Both the position numbers and the translations under genes were made by a program. From contig OY759729.1 of assembly GCA_963662585.1 (NCBI GenBank), positions 192,001 to 256,000 on the forward strand: 64,000 nt of DNA. Reading direction: 5' to 3'. Each line of letters begins with the position of its first letter. The first letter of the stretch is position 1. This document shows, piece after piece, positions 1 to 9,434 of the stretch. The notes below the pieces were generated by a model, which saw only the letters and a program-made list of their open reading frames with translations, searched no databases and was not told the origin of the DNA. Source of the stretch: Candidatus Cloacimonadales bacterium. Lineage in GTDB: Bacteria > Cloacimonadota > Cloacimonadia > Cloacimonadales > JAFGVF01.

Positions 1-2193
1 TAGGTTTGTAGTTTCTAAAACGAAACCTTGATTAGTTTTGATCAATTTAGAGTTAAAAAGTTGGATAGCATATTTAACAAATGATTCAACATTATCTTGA
101 GAGCCAATTATCAAATCAATACTTTTAAGGTCACTTTCAATCTCATTAACTTTAATTGCATTTTGAGCAAAGATATCCCTAGTTGCTTTTTGCATATCTT
201 TAGCTTCTTCAATTTTTTTAGAAACTTCCAAAGAATGGTCAATCCCAAAACTAATTACTTGCTGTTGATCTTTATTTTGTAATTCAATAAATTCATTCAT
301 AATTGTATCAATCAGAGACTTGCTATCTTCAGGGAAGGCAACCGTTATGCCTATAGATCTACGAATATCTCTAATCTTTTTGATGAGAACTTTTAAAACT
401 ATTTCATCAATAGGATTATCTTCACAATAGATTAGAATAGATTCAACTTTGGGTGCAGTCTGTCCATACCTGTCAATTCTTCCTTCTCTCTGTTCTAATC
501 TGTTAGGATTCCAAGGTAGGTCATAATGTAATACAGCTGTAAATTGATCTTGAAGGTTAATTCCTTCACTTAAACAATCTGTGGCTATTAGTACTTTTTG
601 AGAATGGCTCTTCATTCCATCAATAATCTCTTTTCTTACTTCATCAGGTGATTCTGAGCTTATCACCTGAATCTCTAATTTAGGAAACTCTTTCGCTAAC
701 CACTCTTTGAATCTGTCACCTAAATAGTGAGCAGTTGAGATAAAACGGCAAAATACAACAGGATTAAAATCTTTTTCTAACCATTCTCTTACTTTCTCAG
801 TAGCAAATTGAGCCTTATAATCTTCTTGGATATCTAATTCGGATATTCTTTTAGTGAATTCTGTTAATTTCCTTTTTTGATAATCACTCCACTGGGCTGA
901 GTTGAGAGAATTAGTCGGATTAAAATCAGGATTGTAATAATCTCCATCAAACACTTCATAAGAGAGATCATCATTTTCAGCAAATTTACTATTTGCTAAT
1001 CTGTTTTTTAGCATACTTAAGGCTGTGCTTGGACTAGAGGAGAAACCTCTCAGAAGTGATAAAGCTGACCAATATTTGAATTTATATCCTCTATCATCTT
1101 TATCAAAAGTTTGATTTAAAAGAAAGTTGGAAAAATCATTGAAGAAAGCCTTGTAAGAATCTGTCATTTTAAATGGTAGTTCATCGATTGATCTTTCAGG
1201 GAAAGGTGTATCTTCGTTCATCCATTTAGTAACATCTGCTCTTCTTCTTTGCACAAAATTATTTGCTAATCTCTTTCTCTCAATTTGTGAGATATTGGTA
1301 AAATCTGTATCTTTATAGCGAATATCTATATGACCTAAGAGAGAATTAAATTGCTCTTTTTTCCCACTGTGAGGAGTTGCTGTTAGCAATATTAAGTTTT
1401 GCTCTTTTTTTTCAGCAATTTGTCTAACCAAATTATATCTCTGGTGCTGACTACTATTAGAAAGATTGGATATCGTACAAGTATGAGCTTCATCTACAAT
1501 AACTAGTTCTGGACAGTCATTAAGAAAAGTATTTATGCGTGTATCACTTTTGATATAATCAATTGAAATTACTTGATAAGGATAATGTTTATAGACGCTG
1601 GTATCCCTGTAGCCCATTTCCCGATCTAACTTGGTTTGCGTATTTGATCTTATTATCACAGCATCAATCCCAAATTTATCTTTTAGCTCAGCTTGCCATT
1701 GTTCACAGAGCTGAGGAGGTGTGATAATAGCAAATCTCTCAATTTCTCTTCTCTCAAGTAACTCCTTGACTATTAGCAATGATTCAATAGTCTTACCAAT
1801 CCCGACATCATCTGCGATGAGGAGTCGAATATTATCATTCTGTTTTAAGGCCATTATTAATGGTATTAACTGATAAGACCTGGGTCTAAAAGCTAACTTA
1901 GCTAAGCTTCTGAAAGGTCCTGAAGCACTTCTGAACCCTAATCTAGTAGCATCATAAAGTAATTTGGCTGTAGCAAAATCACCAACATCTTTCATCTCTA
2001 ATTGAGGATAAGCTGAAAGTTCTCTTTTATCACTATTGAACTTTAGAGGAAGATAAACTCCCGTAATATCAGAATCTACCCCATCTAAAGGTTTTAGTAA
2101 AGTAATATCTTTATCTAATTCAGGTAAGACAATCCAATCTCGATCCCTAAATCTGACTATTGTACCTGGCGCATGTTTTATTTCATTATTCAT
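1..2193 (-). CDS. SNF2-family helicase, DrmD-like (3' end lies outside the window)
   Basis: Not in the ORF track because there is no stop in the window. Manual translation from ATG 2193 gives MNNEIKHAPGTIVRFRDRDWIVLP, with motifs LLIADDVGIGKTIE, LVIVDEAH, LLTATPHSGK, IATDCLSEGINLQ and HYDLPWNPNRLEQREGRIDRYGQ. It starts 9 nt after the upstream helicase stop. Confidence 0.9.
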   Translation of the reverse strand, partial: MNNEIKHAPGTIVRFRDRDWIVLPELDKDITLLKPLDGVDSDITGVYLPLKFNSDKRELSAYPQLEMKDVGDFATAKLLYDATRLGFRSASGPFRSLAKLAFRPRSYQLIPLIMALKQNDNIRLLIADDVGIGKTIESLLIVKELLERREIERFAIITPPQLCEQWQAELKDKFGIDAVIIRSNTQTKLDREMGYRDTSVYKHYPYQVISIDYIKSDTRINTFLNDCPELVIVDEAHTCTISNLSNSSQHQRYNLVRQIAEKKEQNLILLTATPHSGKKEQFNSLLGHIDIRYKDTDFTNISQIERKRLANNFVQRRRADVTKWMNEDTPFPERSIDELPFKMTDSYKAFFNDFSNFLLNQTFDKDDRGYKFKYWSALSLLRGFSSSPSTALSMLKNRLANSKFAENDDLSYEVFDGDYYNPDFNPTNSLNSAQWSDYQKRKLTEFTKRISELDIQEDYKAQFATEKVREWLEKDFNPVVFCRFISTAHYLGDRFKEWLAKEFPKLEIQVISSESPDEVRKEIIDGMKSHSQKVLIATDCLSEGINLQDQFTAVLHYDLPWNPNRLEQREGRIDRYGQTAPKVESILIYCEDNPIDEIVLKVLIKKIRDIRRSIGITVAFPEDSKSLIDTIMNEFIELQNKDQQQVISFGIDHSLEVSKKIEEAKDMQKATRDIFAQNAIKVNEIESDLKSIDLIIGSQDNVESFVKYAIQLFNSKLIKTNQGFVLETTNL

Positions 2194-2202
2194 ATTAAAT
2201 CC

Positions 2203-5200
2203 TTATTTCTTAACTTGATAGAATATATCGGGACGCTTCTTCACAAGCTCCTCTAACTTCTCTTGATAATAATAAACAACTATATCATAGCCTAAATTGC
2301 GTAAGGCACTTCTCTGCTCCTTATCTTTTGCTTTAATATCTTCTCTATCATGGGGGCTTCCATCACAGAAAATAACCGTATTGGTCTCTGAATAATAGAA
2401 GTCAGGAACACAATAAAGTCCTGGGATATTTTTTTGAGCTATGTCTGGTAATTTAAGTCCATGTCTGTAGAGATATTTAATCAGATTTAATTCTGTTGCA
2501 GAGTTATCATCTAAGTGTTTTAATAGATAGTCATATTGGTCTTCATAGGAAGCATAGAGAGAATTACTCCTAATTTCCGGTTGGCACTTTAAAAGAGTGT
2601 TTAGGGTATCTTTAATCTCAAATCTATCAATCTTATCATGATACCTTTGATTGTAATAACTTAACAAGTCATCATAAGTTGCTGGAACTCCTTCATCTTT
2701 ATCAAACCTACAAACTTCGATTGCTTCAGCAATGACTTCAGTAAAAGTCTTAGCATCTTTAACAAATCTGGATAAAATACCTAAGCTCCCTTCAGACGAT
2801 TCATAAATCATAATATTTGGTTTTTCAGAAACTCCCATAAGAGTAGAACCAATTTCATTTGACTCTGCATGGAAATAGTTTTCTATTGCTTTTTTAATAG
2901 CATACTGTAAAGTGATAATCCCTGAATCAGATAAGGCTAAAGCTTCCATAGGCTGAATATAAAGCGCATCAGTCGTAATATTGGTGAATAGCTTGACATT
3001 TCTGAACTTTCTTTGGTCAATTTCTCTATTTTGATTCTCTTTATCATCTGCTCTCGATTTCCATAAGCCAGATTCCAAATCAATTATAAATCCCTCTTCA
3101 TCACTATTCTTAACCCATCTATGGTTGATATAATAGAGATTAGCAGTAGGGATAAAGTGAATTCTGATAAGAGTCTGATTATCCTTATTGATGAGAATCT
3201 CTTTTACTGCATCTCTACGATCAGGATTAGAGAAGTAACACTGAATGTGGTATCCTTGCGAGGTCCTTATCTCCTCTTCACAAGATATTCGTTGTGTAAT
3301 CTCAGCATAAGTCTCCCCTGCTTCAATAAGATTACTGATTACTTCTACATTCTCAGCATCCAAGTTTTGGTTTGTGATAGGACAGTTATTCATCGTAAGA
3401 TCATTCTCCCAGAAAATGTAGCCACTGCTAGTGCTTACTTTTACTTTTTGAAGTTTGTTCTCAATATCAAGCATTGATATCTTCTTAATCTTATACTTAT
3501 TCCCATTATGATAAATCATATTACCAGGTCCAAATTCTCTTAAGGCAATAGAGCGAGGTCTGGATAGATATTTACCATCATTTCCATTGGTAAGGAATGA
3601 CCTCAAAGGTAATCTTGTGAAGTTATAACCTGGTAAAAATCCTTCTGCTGCAAGATATCTATAAGGATAAAATTCAGAAAAACTGTTATTACGATCTTCA
3701 TTACGAAGCACTTTTAGAAGATTCCCAGCTAATCTTTGATTTCTTTCTGCTTCTTTCCAAATAGGTGATTTTGAAGAGTAGAGACCACTTCCTGTAGTCA
3801 TATTAGCTCTGTTAATCTGCTCGTTAGCATTCCTATCCATATTCTCCCAGCGAGAAAGCACTTTGATAAATTCATTTTTGAAACTATCTATTGTTGCTAT
3901 AATCCATTCATCACTAATAACTAATTCAGCATTATCAATACCAGAAATTATTAATTTATATTGTTTTATAACTTCATTTTTATCTAACTCACTTAACTTC
4001 AAATTATCCAAAACATCAGCTTTTAATTCATAACGCATTTGCTCATCATGTTCATATAAATCAAAAAGACTATTGTTTAGATTCAGATTACACTTAGCTA
4101 TCAACAAAGCATGAAGGTGAGTTTTTAACATATCCGCATTATTGAGTTCAATATTAGGCACTTGCACTTTTCCTGCTACCATATCAACAGAATTTCTGTA
4201 ATAGTGCCGATCATGAGGAGAGAAAGTAGAGCAAGAGGTAAAGACTAAAGCAGCAGATCCACTTCTACCTGCACGACCAGACCTCTGGGCATAATTAGCT
4301 GGATTCGGGGGAACATTTCTCATGTGAACAACATTTAAAGAAGAAATATCAATCCCTAGCTCCATGGTTGGGGAACAATATAGAGCAGAGATTAATCCAT
4401 TTCTAAATTTTTCTTCCCGATCTTGTCTTTGTTCATTATCAATTTGACCTGTATGTTCTGAAGCTAAATAAATTTTATGATTAGAGAGATTTGATGTGTA
4501 GAGTTTTTTAAAAAAATGATTCGTCTTAAATTCACGGTTTTTTATGCGGTTATGCTTAATAATATCTAATTCATAACTCTGTCTGTCAGTATGTTCCCAG
4601 ATAATTGAAGATAGTTTTAACTGGTAAGTTTTTATCTGTTCTTTTTTACTATTAGTTATTACTGTTGACTCCAACCAATTAGCATTTTCAAAAGTAGAAA
4701 ATATATTCTCCACAATTATTTGGTAGTTCTCTTTATTAACAACTATCTCTTTGTCTTTAAGAAGCTGGAGAAGATATTTTCCAAACCTACTACTATAGCC
4801 TGCGGATACATAATGCTCAGTATTTTTTTTCCCAACAGGATGAATATGGATATAAGTTGGCTCCATTATCTTTTCATCTTCATCTAAAGTCCAAGGAGCA
4901 ATCTTTAGTTTTTCTCTTATAGCTTTTGTATTTTCATCAATTTTATCTTTCGATAAATATGTTCTATCACAAAGAGAATATGATTTCCTAAAGAAATCTA
5001 AAATTTGGAAAGTAATATTTTTCCTTTCTTCAAGATTGAAATGATTCCAAAAGAGAGGATCTTCCCACATATCATCAAACTCGCAGTTTTCATCAAGATG
5101 AGTAAAGGCTATTTTGAGTAAGCCACATTGCTCTAGGTTGGGTAAGATGACTCTCCAACTTCTTCTTAAATCATAGAGTAATTTGTACATTATCAGGAGT

Positions 5201-7245
5201 TGTAATTTTTCTTCAATATCTCTCTGCACAGCAGGGAAAACTTTTTCTTTGCCTGAATAATCGTAGTAAGATAGATATAAGCTTTTTGTTACTTCTTTGG
5301 CTATCACTGTTGAATCTAATTTTCTCTTCCTTTTTAGAGCATCATATATAGCTGAGCGTAACCTAACTACAAAGTAGAAATCATTAAAATGACCTGCTTG
5401 TAATGAGGCATCTTGTCTATTATCTGTAAAGCTTAGTAATTTTTTTTCTTGATCAGGGATTGATTCAATACTATTTAAGTTACTTAAAATAGAATAAGTT
5501 AACATTGTTGTAGATGTACTTCTACCTTCAGAACCTAACCTAGTAACTTTTGTCATTTCACTAGTTCTTACATCATAAACAGTACCACAGGAAGGATCTA
5601 ATAAAAAACCAACAGGAAGAAATAAACCTTCGATTTGTGATTTTTCTCTAAATGAATAGAAACCATTTTTATTAAAGAAAATCTCTTTAGGGATATGATT
5701 CTTTTTATCAGTTTTGATTGAGAACTTACCTGATTTTAGTTCATTTTTCCATGTTTCGGGTATCATGTCAGCAATTTCATCCCCATCGTAGTCTTCTGTA
5801 AAGGGTAGAATATAACCAGCAATTTGATCTTCTATATCTTGATTATCTTCAAATTCTCTAGGGATTATCTTGCCTTGAGCTTGATCCAATCTTACGCAGA
5901 AAAACTCTTTACCTGAGTATCTACTAAACACGATTGGAAAGACAGGCAAAGAATCTTTTTGGCGAAGAGGTTCTAAAGTAGGATTACTCAAATCTAAATA
6001 GGAATGTACTAGTCCGGTTTGGGAGATAAACTGATGTATTTTAAAAGGTAATAATTGTTTCTCTGAATTTCTGTCAGAGTTATATTTGGATAACAGAACT
6101 AGGAATTCTTCAATTTTCTGCTTACACAGGTCTATGTCATTTCCTGTTAAATTAGCTAATTCATTTGATATCTGTTCCATAGTTAAAGGTCTATTTCTAA
6201 TTAATAAATTATCTTCCTCGGTAAGAGCAATGTTATCTTCCAACCAAATACCTAAAGGATTACTCTGAAAATCATTATCGCTTGGATTATTTTCATTTTT
6301 CAGATATTGGTTAAGTTTATCTTTTATTTTAGTATCAGAATTAAAGCTCTTCTCTAAAAACTCGTTTACTATTTGTTGAGCAGTAATCTCTTTTCCAAAG
6401 ATTTTAGAGGCAAATTCAGCGACAATTCTATTTTTATCTTGGGTATTTTCGCCAGATGCCATAGTTGCAGAAGTACCTATACAGATAACATTATTGCTTG
6501 TAGAATGAGTTATTCTTCTGATTAACATAGCAACATCAGCACCCTGCCTACCTCGATAAGTATGCAATTCATCAAAAACTAAATATTGAATATTCCTAAA
6601 TATATTCTTTTTAAGTTGTTTTTCGCGAGGCCTGGTTAAAATAAGTTCTAACATCATGTAGTTAGTTAAAATAATATGGGGAGGATTGTTATGTATCTTT
6701 TCTCTCTCTTCCTGACTCTCCTGTCCTGTATATTTTTTGGCAGAAATAGGAAATTTATTGCCTGTTCTCTCTTCATAACTCATTTTATATTTATTAATCT
6801 CTTCTTCTTGAGAATTAATCAAGGCATTCATCGGATAAACTAAGACAGCATTCACAACTCCATCTTGTCTGTTGTTAAGAATATAATTAAAAACTGTTGC
6901 AAGAAATGTAATTGATTTACCAGAACCAGTACCAGAAGTAACAATAAAATCTTTATCATTTATTCCAAGCTTAATAGCCTCGATCTGATGTCTGTAAAGT
7001 GGGAAGTTTATTATCTTGTGTAGTGTGGGATTAACTTGATTTGCTAATTCTGAATTATTAATTTCTCCGCTTATCTCAAAAGAAGGATTAAATTGAATAA
7101 GTGGCTTTTTCCAAAAAGAACCTTCATCAAATTTTTCCTTAACATAACTTGCAAGATCCTTATTCTCTATGTTTAAAAAACTTTCAATATAGTCACGATA
7201 ATCTTTCATTATATTTCGGTGAATATCAAAAAGATTTTCTTTCAT
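2203..7245 (-). CDS. Large DEAD/DEAH (YprA/DrmA/DruE-like) helicase with DUF1998-like region and C-terminal PD-(D/E)xK/DUF559-like nuclease domain
   Basis: ORF 2203..7275; start more likely ATG 7245, after GGGGGT. Motifs TSGTGSGKS, VYPMNALINSQ, FDELHTYRG, GTSAT, FTDNRQDASLQAGH, SPTMELGIDI, YAQRSGRAGR, YESSEGSLG. C-terminal PDFYY...IFCDGSPHD...ALRNLGY. Confidence 0.85.
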   Translation of the reverse strand: MKENLFDIHRNIMKDYRDYIESFLNIENKDLASYVKEKFDEGSFWKKPLIQFNPSFEISGEINNSELANQVNPTLHKIINFPLYRHQIEAIKLGINDKDFIVTSGTGSGKSITFLATVFNYILNNRQDGVVNAVLVYPMNALINSQEEEINKYKMSYEERTGNKFPISAKKYTGQESQEEREKIHNNPPHIILTNYMMLELILTRPREKQLKKNIFRNIQYLVFDELHTYRGRQGADVAMLIRRITHSTSNNVICIGTSATMASGENTQDKNRIVAEFASKIFGKEITAQQIVNEFLEKSFNSDTKIKDKLNQYLKNENNPSDNDFQSNPLGIWLEDNIALTEEDNLLIRNRPLTMEQISNELANLTGNDIDLCKQKIEEFLVLLSKYNSDRNSEKQLLPFKIHQFISQTGLVHSYLDLSNPTLEPLRQKDSLPVFPIVFSRYSGKEFFCVRLDQAQGKIIPREFEDNQDIEDQIAGYILPFTEDYDGDEIADMIPETWKNELKSGKFSIKTDKKNHIPKEIFFNKNGFYSFREKSQIEGLFLPVGFLLDPSCGTVYDVRTSEMTKVTRLGSEGRSTSTTMLTYSILSNLNSIESIPDQEKKLLSFTDNRQDASLQAGHFNDFYFVVRLRSAIYDALKRKRKLDSTVIAKEVTKSLYLSYYDYSGKEKVFPAVQRDIEEKLQLLIMYKLLYDLRRSWRVILPNLEQCGLLKIAFTHLDENCEFDDMWEDPLFWNHFNLEERKNITFQILDFFRKSYSLCDRTYLSKDKIDENTKAIREKLKIAPWTLDEDEKIMEPTYIHIHPVGKKNTEHYVSAGYSSRFGKYLLQLLKDKEIVVNKENYQIIVENIFSTFENANWLESTVITNSKKEQIKTYQLKLSSIIWEHTDRQSYELDIIKHNRIKNREFKTNHFFKKLYTSNLSNHKIYLASEHTGQIDNEQRQDREEKFRNGLISALYCSPTMELGIDISSLNVVHMRNVPPNPANYAQRSGRAGRSGSAALVFTSCSTFSPHDRHYYRNSVDMVAGKVQVPNIELNNADMLKTHLHALLIAKCNLNLNNSLFDLYEHDEQMRYELKADVLDNLKLSELDKNEVIKQYKLIISGIDNAELVISDEWIIATIDSFKNEFIKVLSRWENMDRNANEQINRANMTTGSGLYSSKSPIWKEAERNQRLAGNLLKVLRNEDRNNSFSEFYPYRYLAAEGFLPGYNFTRLPLRSFLTNGNDGKYLSRPRSIALREFGPGNMIYHNGNKYKIKKISMLDIENKLQKVKVSTSSGYIFWENDLTMNNCPITNQNLDAENVEVISNLIEAGETYAEITQRISCEEEIRTSQGYHIQCYFSNPDRRDAVKEILINKDNQTLIRIHFIPTANLYYINHRWVKNSDEEGFIIDLESGLWKSRADDKENQNREIDQRKFRNVKLFTNITTDALYIQPMEALALSDSGIITLQYAIKKAIENYFHAESNEIGSTLMGVSEKPNIMIYESSEGSLGILSRFVKDAKTFTEVIAEAIEVCRFDKDEGVPATYDDLLSYYNQRYHDKIDRFEIKDTLNTLLKCQPEIRSNSLYASYEDQYDYLLKHLDDNSATELNLIKYLYRHGLKLPDIAQKNIPGLYCVPDFYYSETNTVIFCDGSPHDREDIKAKDKEQRSALRNLGYDIVVYYYQEKLEELVKKRPDIFYQVKK

Positions 7246-7457
7246 TCCAACCCCCTGAAAAGTACTATTTATCATTTATTTGAAAAAACATTTTAGCAAG
7301 TTAATTGTCAAGTTTTTTTTAAATTTACCTAGTATTTTTATTAAATAAGAGTGTATAAAAATTTATTCTAATTTTAGCTCCAGCATATAAAGGCAAGCTA
7401 TGGCAAAGAATCAAAGAACGATAACTTCTGTAGTTAGCATGAACAGTCACATCTATT

Positions 7458-7805
7458 TAGGATATGGCGCCCTTCCAGGGCTATTTTCTGGTCGTGTCCT
7501 TAGGAGTGTCTTGCGAACACTCCCTATTATATGTTATCCCTCCGGGATTTAAGAGGTTTCTTCTCTAGTGTATGTTTTTTTTTAGGATATATCGCCCTTC
7601 CAGGGCTATTCTCTGGCCGTGTCCTTAGGAGTGTCTTGCGAACACTCCCTATTATATGTTATCCCCCCGGGATTTAAGAGGTTTCTTCTCTAGTGTATGC
7701 TATTTTTTTTGAATATGTCGCCCTTTCAGGGCTATTCTCTGGCCGTGTCCTTAGGAGTGTCTTGCGAACACTCCCTATTATATGTTATCCCTCCGGGATT
7801 TAAGA
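7458..7805. repeat. Three tandem ~125-bp units, each with three hairpins (REP-like)
   Basis: TAGGAGTGTCTTGCGAACACTCC recurs at 7501, 7626 and 7752. It is flanked by the palindromes GCCCTT(C/T)CAGGGC and ATCCC(T/C)CCGGGAT. Confidence 0.95.
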
Positions 7806-7923
7806 TTGCTATTACTACTATAATGAAGAAAACAAGAATCTTAACCTATTCAATTCCCCTTTGATTGCTGAAGGCAAACTAAAAGTTTATAGACTATTTG
7901 GCAATTCACAGCGGAGAAAATCT

Positions 7924-9185
7924 CCACTATCCGACAGAAGAGAGGTAACTGCGAAGCAGCTCTTAACTGGGAAAGTGAGCATCCTGCTCGCACCACGCAG
8001 TAGCGTGGTAGATTTCTTTATTTCTGGTATTTCTAGATTTTTAAGCAATTTTACGGAGTAGCGACTTCCGACATACAAATTTCTTTCGTCCGAAGTCCCT
8101 TGCCTACGGCTGAGGAACTCCGGTCTTCAGAGTGTCCACTATCCGACAGAAGAAGGGTGGCTGCGTAGCAGCTCTTAACTGGGAAAGTGAGCATCTTGCT
8201 CGCACCACGCAGTAGCGTGGTAGATTACTTTATTTCTGGTATTTCTAGATTTTTAAGCAATTTTACTGAGTAGCGACTTCCGACAGACAAATTTCTTTCG
8301 TCCGAAGTCCCTTGCCTAGGGCTGAGGAAACCGGTCTTCAGAGTGTACACTATCCGACAGAAGAGGGATTTTCTCACTTTTCAACTGCCAACTTGGATGC
8401 TAAAGTGTGAAGTGATAATTTCTAGCTCCAGAGGAGCTATTTCTTGGTAGCACAAAGGTCACACCAGAAATGCAATCGCTCCGTAGGTGCGAATTGTTTC
8501 TTCTTGTCAATGGCGAATGGATTATTCGCCTACAATAAATCCCCCTCTGTGAGGGGGACACAGGGGGTGTTTCTTATGAAATGGAAGCGTCTCTGCTTCC
8601 AGCTGGCGACGCGGAGGTCCCCAGTCCATAGGCGCTTGCTTCCATTAACTGGGGTTACGGACCTTTAGTCCGTGAATCTTAAACTCCCCTCTTTAGTGCT
8701 GAAAGCACGCTAAAAGAGGGGTGGCATCGAAGATGACGGGGTGTTTCTTCTTAAATCCCCCTCCGTGAGGGGGACACAGGGGGTGTTTCCTATGAAATGG
8801 AAGCATCTCTGCTTCCATGGGAATTTTTAAATCCTGTAGATGGCAGTTTAATCTGGTACATTTTCAACACCCCACCTGCTGCGCAGGCACCCCTCTTCTC
8901 CAGAGGGGACTTAAATACCTCGCGTTCTAGATCTCTTAAACTCCCCACTTTAGTGCTGAAAGCACGCTAAAAGAGAGGTAACTGCTAAGCAACTTTTAAC
9001 TGGGAAAGTGAGCATCCTGCTCGCACCACGCACTAGCGTGGTAGATTACTTTATTTCTGGTATTTCTAGATTTTTAAGCAATTTTACGGAGTAGCGACTT
9101 CCGACAAACAAATTTCTTTCGTCCGAAGTCCCTTGCCTACGGCTGAGGAAACCGGTCTTCAGTTTGTCCACTATCCGACAGAAGA
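7924..9185. repeat. Mosaic palindromic repeat cluster 1 (REP/BIME-like), including three copies of a ~212-bp unit
   Basis: CACTATCCGACAGAAG at about 7925, 8137, 8348 and 9169. Modules shared with the clusters at 37.1 kb and 58.9 kb include TTAACTGGGGTTACGGACCTTTAGTCCGTGAAT (8645) and TGGAAGCGTCTCTGCTTCCA (8582). Confidence 0.93.
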
Positions 9186-9364
9186 ATGGACCTCATCTTC
9201 TCCTCCCTTGCTCCTTCTCTCTCATTTCAAATATTATTTGTTTATTATTCGATATGAGTGTGAAGGAGGTGTTGAAGTGCATTGGGAGATAGTGTGAAAA
9301 AGCTAAAAGAATACCAAAACAATTATAGTTAAGTAATATACTATAAGCACTTTATCATATTTCT

Positions 9365-9414
9365 AAAACAAAAATAGCCCTTTGCTCCAAAATTGATTCT
9401 GAAGCTAGGGCTAT
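9365..9414 (-). terminator. Probable intrinsic terminator after the DHOD-like gene
   Basis: Inverted repeat ATAGCCCT...AGGGCTAT with a T-run on the minus strand, just downstream of the stop at 9435. The loop is long. Confidence 0.5.
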
Positions 9415-9434
9415 CTTAATAATTCAATATTTAT

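Noticed and set aside
97..6268. Plus-strand ORFs 97..282, 3121..3477 and 6086..6268, and similar short antisense or out-of-frame ORFs elsewhere
   Set aside because: They are shadows of long, motif-rich genes and show no independent coding signal.
8054..8146. tRNA or tRNA-like gene in the branched repeat domain
   Set aside because: There is no T-loop GTTCRA or D-loop consensus, and the arm lengths do not fit a tRNA.
7861..8668. Short ORFs 7861..8061, 7887..8078 and 8444..8668
   Set aside because: They lie inside palindromic repeats, have no recognisable motifs, and the frames are not preserved in sister copies.
7458..9185. CRISPR array
   Set aside because: The sequences between repeats are themselves repeated, there are no unique constant-length spacers, and no cas genes are in the window. 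The same applies to 10649-10779, 37128-38225 and 58898-59570.
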